Below the pieces are notes generated by a model. It was not told the origin of the DNA. It did not search any database and saw only the letters and a list, made by a program, of their open reading frames with translations. Positions 1 through 12,000 of a DNA stretch of 27,409 nt are shown here, in pieces. The DNA is from Penicillus capitatus (taxonomy: Eukaryota > Plantae > Chlorophyta). Position 1 is the stretch's first letter; each line of letters starts with the position of its first letter. Location of the stretch: contig OZ287703.1 of the NCBI GenBank assembly GCA_965649825.1, positions 588,213-615,621 of the forward strand, written 5' to 3'. A program made the position numbers and the translations under genes.

Positions 1-3000
1 ATGCGGCATGGAAGCCATCGTCGTCCATGTCCTCAGTCGTTCCGCCCAAGTTTTCTAAGACTTGACGATCCAGCTGTTCGATCAGAGCATCGACTCTTTC
101 AGAACTATCGGGAAAAACAGGGAACCGTGAGTCATTGTCTTGAATGTATGCCATTGATGCAAGGAATCCTTTGCGATAACCGCGAGAGCCATTCAGAAAT
201 CTGCGTCTCGATCTCAGTCCACTTCCCCGAGTTGGACGATTCAGCAAGCGATTCGGGAGAGTGCTCTGATTGAATCCGAAGAGAATGGCCACATCGTGTC
301 CGGAGAACTTCGGGCATGCGAAAGACAATTCGACATCGTTGGATGTCGAAAGGGTATTCAAATGACGATGCAGCTCTCCGCTGTGGCATCTGAGATCCTC
401 TAGAATGGGACGCACTGTGATCATCAAGAGATTTTCTGCACGACAGACATTGAAAATCGCATCCACAGCAGCTTTCACTTTGCCAGTCGTCCACCCAGAC
501 AACACACCTGCGTACTTGCCCAGCAAATAACGGCCACGCAATTGAATGAGCTCATCGAATGCAGCGTCTTGCACTTTGTCGCTATCTTTTCCATCCGTCT
601 GAAAGGCCATTCTCATGGAGAGGTCATCCGAAAAGATGTGAAGATTGGAGAGTCCTTTCAAAATCGCGCATCTCTCATCCACCTCTTTGCACGAACAAGC
701 TTCATACAATGCCACAAGAGCATTGTTCCACACGGAATTCTCTTTGCAGCTGGAGAGCATATCCAGCAGATAGCGAATCTCATCTTTCATGGTTGGCCGA
801 TATGAGATGATCGCATCCAATTGCTTCCACTGATAATTGAAAGACTCCAGATAAGCATGATCACATTCGGCATGCTGTACATCTGTAAGAGAAAGATCCA
901 TTGCATTGATGCAGTTCATCTTTTCAGATTCGAGATCATGGAGCTCTTTTGATGTGACAGTCACTTCGTTTTGTGTTTCTTCTGCCCTGAATTCGGATAG
1001 CTTTGTCCTGAGGTTGTTTAACTTGACCTGATATGTGGCCACTGAGATTTCGTTAAGCTCGTGGTGATTCATGCGATCGAGTGCCTGGACAGCCTTGATG
1101 GCTTCCTGCATAATTGCCGTCAGCGGTTGCGGTCGGTCTTTGGCATTCTTCCACAGATCTTTGAATTGCTGCTTCAACTCAGTAATCTGCTGCGCAACGA
1201 TATCTCTCTTGCGGCTCATATCTTGGTCCCGCGAATATGCCGAGCTTCCTTCGCCCGCACTAGGTTGGGATGTGCCCGGATCGTGGCCGGCTCCACTTCT
1301 TTGCAGATCTTCATATTTTGCCTTCAGTTTGCCAAAAAGGTTGTCCAGATCGTTCTTCTGGAGCCAGTCCTGTTCAATCGACAGTTTCTTAGTCAGAGCA
1401 TTCAGATCCTCCTGCCAGGTATCGAAATCCGTGACGGGTTTCGTGCTGTCAAACTTCATGTCTTCTCCTTCGATGATCAAGAGACCAGTGAAATAGGCAA
1501 CGGTTTTTGAGACAAGCACACAAATTTCGTTAACTGTCTCCCAGATTCTGGAACCTCTGGGTTTGAAGTATCTCGTCGAGTACCGTATCAGAAAATCTTT
1601 GAGCTTCAAGACTGGCAAAATGAAGTCCAGAGCAACGAAGATGTCTCCGAACTTATCCTCTGCCTGTTGCAGAAGACCCTTGAGACGCAATGTCAGCTCC
1701 TGGACTGGACAATCCTTCAGTTTGTCCACAAGTAGCTTAAAACTGAAAGCAAACGATGCAAATTCACGTTCCGATGACAGCAGTCTCTTCTCGATGTCTT
1801 TCAGTTTATCCTCGATGTTCTGCTCCATCATCTCGATCTCTGTCTGGTCAAAGGGCTTGGCTGCCGCTGCAAGCATCTTTCGAGATTTTCTGCTTAGGCG
1901 ATTTGATTCTGTCTCAGTTTCTCTTATGCTATTATCAACACGCAAGAGATGACGCGTGAGTGTATCTTCCGACTCTTCAAAGAGGAGACTGATTGCATCC
2001 TTGTACGCCACCATCTGATTCTTCAGGTCCGTGGTGAACTCGTCGACTCTCTTGTGATCAGATGCGGCAGAAGCATTGTTGAGGTGGGGAAGAGTGGTCA
2101 ACGTGTAGAGACAGGCTACCAGAGTGGATCCCAGTCTCGATAGGCGACCATCAAAAGAGCAATCTCTCGTTAACTGGCATTCTTTCAACGATATGGCATA
2201 GTCCATCTCACGAGATTTCTTCCACTGCTCAAGCCATCTCTGAGCTGATGAGCTGCCCGGATTCCACGTGTAGTTCATCACTTTGATCGACTTCTTCTTG
2301 CTGTTCTCAGTCGGTTTCTCATCTTCGATGATGACAAGAGAGACAAGATCCGAGAGGGAACTGCAAGAGCTGAGTTCACCGACCAAGAGTGCTGCCCTTG
2401 GACAGCCACCATCAGCCATATCCACATCGAGATTTTCATCACAGCACTTCACCAGTCTATAAGGTATGCTGCTCTTGATCGTTTGGTTAAACAGAACTGC
2501 CCAGACCATGCAGAGTTCGCTCTTGCAGATGCTTTCTTTGGACTCTTTGAGTCGCATGCGCAGTCGACATCGAGTGGTAACATCGATTTTGCTGAGCGCC
2601 GGATGATTAGATTGCACTTCTTTTAAAAGATACTCCAGAATGCTGCCATGGAGCTTGACGGCATCATCGAATTCGCTCTGCACAATGAATGCGCAATCCG
2701 ATGACCTCAACAGATCGTCAAACCTCTCCATTGGTGTCCGCGGCGCCATCTGACAGGAAGCTTCTTCCCCGTGAGGCACGGCAGTCGATGTCGATGGTCC
2801 ACCTTCTTCAGAGCTTTCCGTCCTTCTGCCTTTCGTGACTGCATCAAAGACTCCTTTTACCATACTGAAGCATTGAGCAATGGCGCCTTTGCCTTCAGAC
2901 GGTTCCTGTGGTTTTGGATTCAACAAATCATCCAACAAGGAGCGCATGTCTGACATGATTCTCAGACGACTAAACAATCTCTGAATCTCCAGTACTTCAT

Positions 3001-6000
3001 CTGCAGCGATGCTCTCTTGATGGAAGAGCATCAGCCTCTCGTCCAGAAGGAGAGATACCTTGAAGTCGAGTGCAGAAAAGACATACACCATGGCAATTCT
3101 GTTGGCTTCTTCCTTCGGCTTTCCTGTCTCTTTCAGCAGTCTCAGAATCGATCCCCTGAGCTTGTCCCTATCTATCTCTGCGAAGGTGTCAGCCAGTCTC
3201 TTGTGGAGATTGAATTTCAATGCCTTGTCTTGGCAATTTTGCTGATGTTCGCCCAAATCCTCTGCTTTCTTGGCAAAGTCGTCGCCTTCAAGGGGATGGA
3301 AGTAATGCACCAGATGTCGCACGGAAGAGAGTCTTTCTATGAGTTCTTGAATGTCTTCCAGATCTTGACTGCAACAACCGACATCGCTGTCCAGAACACA
3401 ACTCAGTGTCTTGAGGACGAGACTCAGATCCAGGACAAATGCTTTTCTCTGCTTCCAGTCGACAAACGAGGAGTTGTTGACAAATCGCTTGACCATTCTC
3501 TCCAACTTTTCCGGTGTTTGCTTGAAAAGTGCCAGTGTCTTGTTTTCTGTCGTACTGAATTCTTTCAGATAATCAGCTAAGGGGCCTCCCTTCTCGCTGC
3601 AGAACTGAGAGAATTCTGATGCACTGTGAACTGTTCTGGAGATCTGTTCTGCATGCGCCATCTCATGAGGGTACAGATGCGCAAAGAGCTTTTCAAGAAA
3701 CAGAGCCAATGCCTTAGAAAAGCTGCCCTTGTTCTCAATACTCATCACTTGCCTCAACAGGTGTTTTGCGCAAGTGTGAACGAATGGAGCGAAAACAGAT
3801 CGCAGCACTCTGCTCTCTTTCTGGAATGGTGTCAGGGTATCTCTCTTGCCGTCGATGACAGAATAGAATCTGTGCATCGGAAGCAATGTCCTTTCTTTGC
3901 AGGTTTCATGCATGGCTGTCCGCAACTCCTCCAGATCGTCGTCTGGCTCAACAATGGCAGTGTAGACTCTCCATAATCCCCATACAGTAGCACTGAACAG
4001 CGGCTCTCCTCTCTTCAGCCAGGTACGGGCGACAGACAGGGCCTGCTCAAGCATCCTGAAACTTATTTTGGAGTCTTGCATGATGGTGATTTGAGACGTC
4101 TGCGCCAGTTTCCGTGCCTTAACATGAAAAGCGACGGCGAGAATGGCGGCCACAATGCCGCCTTCGACGGATCCGAGCGCTTCAGAGGCAATCTCGACCG
4201 TTTCATGGCTCTCCAGTGAGCGTAAGTCTGGATCAAGGACATCTCCATCAATCTCGGGCAACCAGATCTTGATCATTCTGTTCAGCAGCGGGTTGGAGAG
4301 TCCGAAGGTGTTGATCTTCTTCCTGTCCGCCGTCGCAAAGATGCGGGTGGTAAGATGGATGCCGGCACCAGGCTTGAGCTCCTCGCCCTCCGAGTGCTCG
4401 TAGAGGCTGAGAAACGGAGTCTCTTCGAACAGGGACAGCAGTCGCTCGATCACGTCCGGCGATGCTGCATTGATGTTGTCGAAGAGGATGAACGACCCTG
4501 ACTTCAGCGCCTTGATAAGATCAGACTCCACAAACTTAAAAACAGTCGATGAAGAATCGAGCTCAATCGATGACAATGTGTTCTTAAGTGCAGCTGTCTT
4601 CTTCGCCAACGCTTCCTGCATCTCCGATCCACACTCTTCAAGGATTCCAAGCACCAACTCCACATTTTCAATGACTTCATGCATTTCGTCAATCGAGAGA
4701 TTTGATTTGTTTTTGGAATAAAGCATCTTCATGGCCTCATAGAAAGCAGCACGGTTGATCTGAAGAATCTCTCCCGAGTGCCCGAGTCCAAATCTCGCAA
4801 CATCATCTCTCAGCTCAGGTATAGTTTTCTTCAGTTCCTTGGTAATGTCGCTTGTGGTAAAGGGAAGCCACTGTCCGATGAGATCGGCGACTTCGAAATC
4901 CCGATGAAGTGACAAGACAAGCAGAGGGATGCCTGTGATGGCAGCCAGCTCCTTCACGAGGGATGTCTTCTTGGAGCAGGTGGGTCCTTCGAGCAGCACT
5001 GCCCTCTGGGACTGGCTGGCCGTTGCCAACAGCTCCAGCTGCCGGATCGTGTTTACTGTGTGCACCAACGATCCCTGAGACGCACGAGCTTCGTCCTTCT
5101 CCATGTAGACATTTCCAATTCGCAGAAGATTGCCCACAGACAAGTCGATGGATGGATGGTCTCCCTGATCCAATTCCATCTGAGGTGGCTCAACAACTTC
5201 GTCGATGACGTCTTGGATCTGCCCGGCGGCTAATCGATTGTCGAATCGATGTTTGAACACCAGCTGAAGAGCCTTGCGGATGACGCTTAGGATAACTGAG
5301 TTCTGATCAAATGCCTGCTCGGTCTCTTTGCTTCCATCGCATACCATCACTGTGTGATGCGATATCTGCGTCTCGATATTCCCGGTCACAATATCCCGGA
5401 CAGCCGCCAGGTCTCTCAGGTTAAACTTGTGCTTTCGATTGGCTCCCGGAATCTGTCCACTCTCCACTAACTGTTCGACCCTCTTGTAAACCTCAAAGAT
5501 GTGCTGCAGATGATCTTCAGTGATCAGCTTCTTCGAACTGAGTGTTTGAAACTGTTTTTCCAGAATCTGTGTAAGATCTGTGTCTGTATAGGATTCCATT
5601 TGAACAGCTGTAAAGATATTCTTAATGGATCTCGACAGCTTGGCTCTGCCGCCTCCCTGCGCTGCCGGATTCATTGTTGCAAAAATCCGTATACCTTTGA
5701 GGGAAAGGCGACCTGAATCCAGTTTGCCTGGAATGGAAAATCCTTCTGTAGCGGCAGATCCATCGAGCAATGGGACAAGAGATTCCAGCACTTGCGCAGG
5801 CAGCAGATTGATTTCGTCTAACAGGATCCATTTCTGAGATTTGAGAGCCTTTAGCAGCGTGCCATCTCTCCATTTGAATTCTCTTCGGTCGTCGACATAA
5901 AGTGGCATGACAGCGCCATAAAACTGCTCGATGGAGGTGTCGCCCGAGCAGTTGATGCGTTCCAGATCCGTTCCAAGAAACTGGGCAACCTGAGTAATGA

Positions 6001-9000
6001 CAGCAGTCTTGCCTATTCCGGGAGCTCCTTCGAGCAACAACGGCGAATTTGTGCAGACAGATGCAAAAACGCGAGCCATGTTCTCAACGACCGAATCCGT
6101 CGGACACAGAAACAGATCGGGCAACTCAGATTCTTCAGATGCCTCTGCTGCATTCGACATCATGCTCAAGGAGAGGCCGATGCCTTTCAATGAAACCACT
6201 CGGCCGCCCTGATCTTCACTCTCCTCCACAGTAAACGGATTGTCTTCCACAGGAAGTGCATGATCGGGTTTCAGATCCTCAAATGCGTTTGGAAAGAACT
6301 TCTGAAGCACCTCGTTCTGGATATCAGTTGGATAGCCTGCCAGATAGAAGAACTTAGCTCCCAGCATGCATCTCTTCTGGAGGCTGAGGTTCCTTGGATG
6401 CTGTGTTACAAACGTGATCCATCTCAGAATCCGTCTGAAGTCTTCACAGGGATGCTCGGGGTGAGCTCCGACGATTTCGGATCGGATGTCTTTTACCTGG
6501 CTCATGAGATATGGCAAAGAGTCCATTTCGCTGTAATGGAGCTCCTGTCGAAACTTCTCCTCTGCGATGGACATGATGTCAGACGTCTGATAGACAGGCA
6601 CTCGAATCTGCGTCAGTCTGCTCATTGTGGCAGCGCTGAGCTGCGGCTTCTTGTTCGCCGAGTCCAAATGGGAAGTGGCTATGAAGCAATAGCCTTGATT
6701 GGGGATGTTCATTTCGGCAGCGATGCTGTCTGAGAACGACACGTCTTCCGGAATGCTGAACGTCGGATCCACTTCCAGAGCACTGTTCAGTCTTTCAGTC
6801 ACTGCCTGAGCACAGAGATCGTAGTCTTCCACGACAAACGCATGCTCCATGGTAATGGCCTTGACGAACGGACCGTCCCTGAACATGAAGCAGGGTTTGC
6901 TGTTTTTCACATCTGTCGAACGAATGAACAGTCTCAGTTGCTTCAGCCGATGCACCATTCTCTGCATGGCAGCAGGTATGCTCTCGCCCATGATGTTATT
7001 CGCCAATTCTGGTATCTTTGCGACGACATCATCTATGAGTGTCAGGTGATCATCTTCTGTTAGCTTGGCACTGTTCTCTCTCGGTGAGTCTAGATCTTTG
7101 TTGTGATCATCAGGATCTGCAGATGTGGATGCTTGGATGCCATGTCCTTCCCTCTGTGCGTTCGAGTCTTCTGTATCTCCATCGTCATCCACATCAGTCT
7201 CGCCGTTGACACTGCCATCCGATGAGCGATCGAATTCGAATTCCGGGTATTCGTTTTCGTATTCGCCATCAGAGGCTGACTGCTCGTCTTCGGCATCGGT
7301 GCCAATCGGGTCTGACAGATCTTCGTACCCAGGATCGAATTCTTCTCCATGCAATTTGCATTTGAAGCGCAGCACTCTTCTGTACAAACTCTGGCGAAGC
7401 CGGCGAAGATACGTCCTTCCTCTCACTGTCTCTCCCGAACGTGGTTGAACTTCCAGCTCGTTGTCTAGATAAGAGAAAATGAAGTCCCCCGTAGATGCCA
7501 GACTGCTCAGCACGTCCACGAAGGACACCAGCTGCACTTGGCCAATCAGGTCCGTTGCCTCAGACTGCGACGTCAAGTGGACGCGCTGCACGCTCTTTGT
7601 CATCCCTGACAGCTCCAGCCACGTCTTGATGAGTTCTGTCTTGAATGCAGATTCTCCGTACAACAACACGGGTTCGTTGGCCTTCATGGCAAAGGCAAGA
7701 TCAATCAGCTTGTGCTGGAAGACAGCAGGAGGTCCATGTCGCGAACGGCTGCCTCTCCACAGAGGACTGTTGTCGAGTTTGAATCCAGGGAAGTGGACGT
7801 GAAGGTGTCCCCGGCAGAAACGCACCCCATTTTCCTCCTGCACGATGTTCTTCTTTGTCAATGCCTCTGCCTCAACCTCTTCACTGGCTCCAAAGCTCGA
7901 TTCAACGAGCCTCAGCAGTTTGGCTGTCTCTTCCTCTGTGATGGCTTGCGGAGCCAGCAATGACATGGTCACACTGGTCCAAGTCACTCTTTGCCTTTCG
8001 TCTTTCAGGAGTTTGTATCTTCTCACGATCTTGATGATATCTCGCATTGTTAGCTGAAATCCTTCAGCAGGAGATAGATGATATAACTTGGCCAGCCCAT
8101 CGACATTAAGCTGCCCATCAAAACCGGCATATCTTTCGCCATGAAATCGCTTGGCGAGGATTTCCATAAACTCATCTCGTGGGAAGTCTTCGATGTCAAC
8201 TGTCAAGAATCGATTCCGTACAGTGACCGGCAAGAGTTTTCGACCATCTCTCCCTCCTCGAGATGGATTCTGAGTGGCGAAGAAGCGGAAGTTTGGATGG
8301 ACACTCAATCGCATGTTGCTTCCAGGGATCTGCACAGTACAGTTTCCTTCCAAGAAAGGCATCAGCGCCGATGTCACAGCCACTGGAGCGAGATTGAATT
8401 CATCGGAGATGAACCAGTGACCGTTCTCCATTGCCTGCACAAGGATGCCTTTCTGAAAAACGAAGCCATCGTTTGCTGGCATCCAGCTTCCAAAGTAGTC
8501 CTGCACTGTTGTCGTGTCGCTGTTACTCAACAGCAGCACTCTGTTGGTTACACCAGCAAATCGACGCAGACCATAGACGAGTGCCGTCTTGCCGACAGCA
8601 GGTTTTCCTTCCAGCAGAACGGGCTTGTTCGTAAGGGCACCCAAAAGAAGTGCCTGTGCATGGCGCTTTCTGGAAGATGTCAGGACCAGATCGCCATCGA
8701 TCGTAAAATCATCAAGCAGTCCTAGTGTATCCAGCACGTTGCTCGGGCACTCCATCTTGCAACAGAGGGAATCCCTGGCAAGAGGGTCCCTTATCTGAGC
8801 AGCGAAGGTTGACATCATTGCGCAATGAAGGGCCCTCTGATCTCCAAGTCTTGGCATTTGGACCATCAGCATCGTCGCCATGTCGATCAACGTGACAAAA
8901 TCTCTGAAGGATGTCAGCATGTGCCGGTTCTCTGCAAAGAAATCTCTGATTTTGAAGCAGTAAGTGTAGATGATTGGGGCAGCCGCTGCAAGACGGTCCA

Positions 9001-12000
9001 GGGGCAAACAGCACCTTAACATGGACTTCAAAGCAGAGAAGAATTCTTCGACGGGCATTCTTGCGGGATCATCGATGTGGACGACAACGAAACGATTGAA
9101 CAGTGCAGCTGTGAGCTCACTGGATGCGCTATCCTGTCCTCTGCCTGCAATGCCTTTTGGAGTGAAGGTCGCCACAATCTGAAAGCCTCTTGCCGGTCCT
9201 GGCACATTAGATACTGTTCCGTCGGCAAGGATGCGAGAATGCAATGGTTTCCTGTCTCCTTTTTCTGTCAGGCACAGCACTTTGGGAGATTCCAGCACAG
9301 GGTTCATTCTCTCCTGCAGAACGGACTCGGCTTGGCCAATGTTGTCGACGATGCAGACACTGCCGTCTTTAAAGGCTCTGGTCAGTGGACCATCTCTCCA
9401 TTCGACTTTCCGTTGAGCGCCAATGATGTCTCCTGGCAGATACTCTCCAAGCATCATTGCCGGTTCACTCTCGCGCGTCAGCGTGACGTGCTCGTACTGA
9501 TTGCCCAAGAGGAAAGCCACTGCCTTTCCGATGCACGTCTTGCCGGATCCGGCATTTCCCGATATCAGAATGGACTGTTCGATGCGGATGGCTTCGGCAA
9601 TGACATCCAGGTTCTCGCACATGTGATTGTCGAGTGCAATCGGCATTTCTGGAACGGAACAAGCAGACCATGACACGATGCCGAGATCGCCGCCAAACGT
9701 GTTCATAAAGATGTCGAGAACCATGTCCCGTGCTTCCTTGAGTCTGAATCGCATGCAGTATCCTTCTGCGCCAATGCGTCCCAATGCTATGAGCATCTTC
9801 GTCTGCAGAACGTCTTCTTTCATGGCGTCTGCTAGCCACTTCGCCAGCCAAGATTCAGAGAACGAGGAATAGATGCCGAAGGTGTTCATGAATTCAGGAC
9901 TCTGAATCATCTTCAGAACGGCAATGTGCGCATCAGCACAAACATTGAAAGCTTTCATCACGTCTTCATTCGGAAACTGATGGAACGGGAAATGTCTTTG
10001 CCAGAATTGGCTGACAAGAAGGATGTCACTCGCGCGACATGGACTCTTGATCTTTGAATACTTCTCAAAGAGACGTTCCAGTGGAGTCTCGCCTGAGTGG
10101 ATGGTTAGGTTGTGCCGATTGATGACGTTCTGAACCAATTGGCGTCCCTCTCCGCGGAATCGACAGCCATAGATCAGCCATGCGTACTCCCCTAGCTTCT
10201 CTTCCGCATGAACAAGGCGTTCTTCTGCCAGGATCATGTCTGTCCACATGAGAAGCTCCCGATTGGTGATCGTGGCGTAGCTGCCCTTTTCGGCGCATCC
10301 TTTGAGCTCTTCTCTGAGATTAGAATGAAAACCTGTCATAAGTTGAGACAGTTTTTGAACCCGGTCGACATCGTCGTCCTCCTTGATGCCTTGGTGCATT
10401 TTCTTTGCCACGATCGTTCTCCATTCCTCTGTGGGCAGTTCTTTGAAATGCATCACAGAGAACTGCGACAGAAAGGCATCGCTGATCCGTTCTCTCTTGC
10501 CAGCTTGCCACGGGTTTTGAGATGCAAACAGTCGAAAGTTGGGATGTCTCGGAATGATCTCGGTAGGGGACACGGCAGAGCTTCGGTCAGTAATCGCTAT
10601 CTTTCCCGATTCTATGGCATCGATCACGACCTTCAGAGCGCCCTCTTCGGCCAGATTCATTTCGTCCAGCAGAACCCAGAAACCTTTCTTGAAGCTCTCG
10701 GCAAAGGGCTGAAGCTTCCGGATCGTTTCTCCTTCTCTGTTAATGACAACCTTTGCCAGAAAGTCTTCAGGAGTAAGATTAGAAGACATGTTGATTCGAA
10801 CGAATATCACTTCCTTGCGGCGACACACCTCTGTGAGCGTCGCTGTCTTCCCCACGCCGGTGGATCCGACCAGCAGCACGGGGCTACCATCCTCGGCCAC
10901 CTCTTCTATCTTGGCTATATTCTCTTCTGTAGTGGGGGTCAGTATCATGGGGCAGATCGGTTCGGTGTCTTTCTCCCTTGAATGTGGTACCGTATGTGTC
11001 TGGAGGACAGTTCTTCGCAGATGACTGCTCTTTAGTGTGAGATCGGAGTGCCCGAATGTTTTGACCATTCTCTGCAAATCTGCCAAGGGCGCATTCTCTG
11101 ACGTGATGTTTTGGCCTTGTGGAAACTTGGCGGAAAAGAAGGCAGGAACAGTCGTCATGTACTCGATCGACTGAGCTAGTTTATCTTCCTTCTGTGACTG
11201 AGACTTGCCATCGATCAGAAGAGAGACAAGCTCTTCGACTTTTGCAAGAACACTGCTTGCGTCATTTCTTTGCAGCAACCCGAAGAGCCTGTCAAGCATG
11301 GCAGTGAGTGACGTTTTCAGAGGATCATCTGTCGAGTCAGCAGGGACATCGATTACATACTGCACCAGCCAATCGAAGAGCTTGACGTCCTTCAAGGATT
11401 CCGTATCAGCTGCTGTGCTGTGTGCGATCGTGAGCCATTCACTGAGCTGATGAACTGCCTTGTCTGCCAAGACACGGACAAAAGATCTGAAATCTTCCGA
11501 CGGGATGTCGCACAGCAGCATCTGGTCCACGTTGGACATCAGTGCAGCGATTGGATACTGGCAATCTTTTAGATCAAGGGCACAGGCCAAACGGATTACA
11601 GCTAGTACAGCATCACTGGAAACGCCGGCGTCTCCAGGGGAAGGACACAGCAATGCCTTACACACTTTTGGCCAATCAACGGATCCTTTCGCGATGTTGC
11701 GAACTTCACAACGACCAGTGTCTGATTGCAGAAGAACGTCGAGGGACATCAGCAGCGGTGCACTATTGTTGCTCTTCATGTTCTCGCAGAGTTTAAAAAG
11801 ACGCGTCACATCATCCACATTAAGATTCCTGCACCACTTGTGCAACCATCTGGCTAGGCAATCTTCTTCAGAAAGCACAACAAACGCACGAGGGTTCACG
11901 TGAGACACGCACAGGAGACAGGAAAAAATAGAGAAGGATGCTTTTCTGTGACAGTAATTCGAAATTGTTTTGAAATCCGAAGACACACTGAAAGGAAAGT

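Noticed and set aside
132-494. Minus ORF with a plausible-looking tail (KWTEIETQISEWLSRL) suggesting a frameshift in the giant gene
   Set aside because: The main frame stays open through this region to the edge (SERVDALIEQLDRQVLENLGG), so no frameshift is needed.
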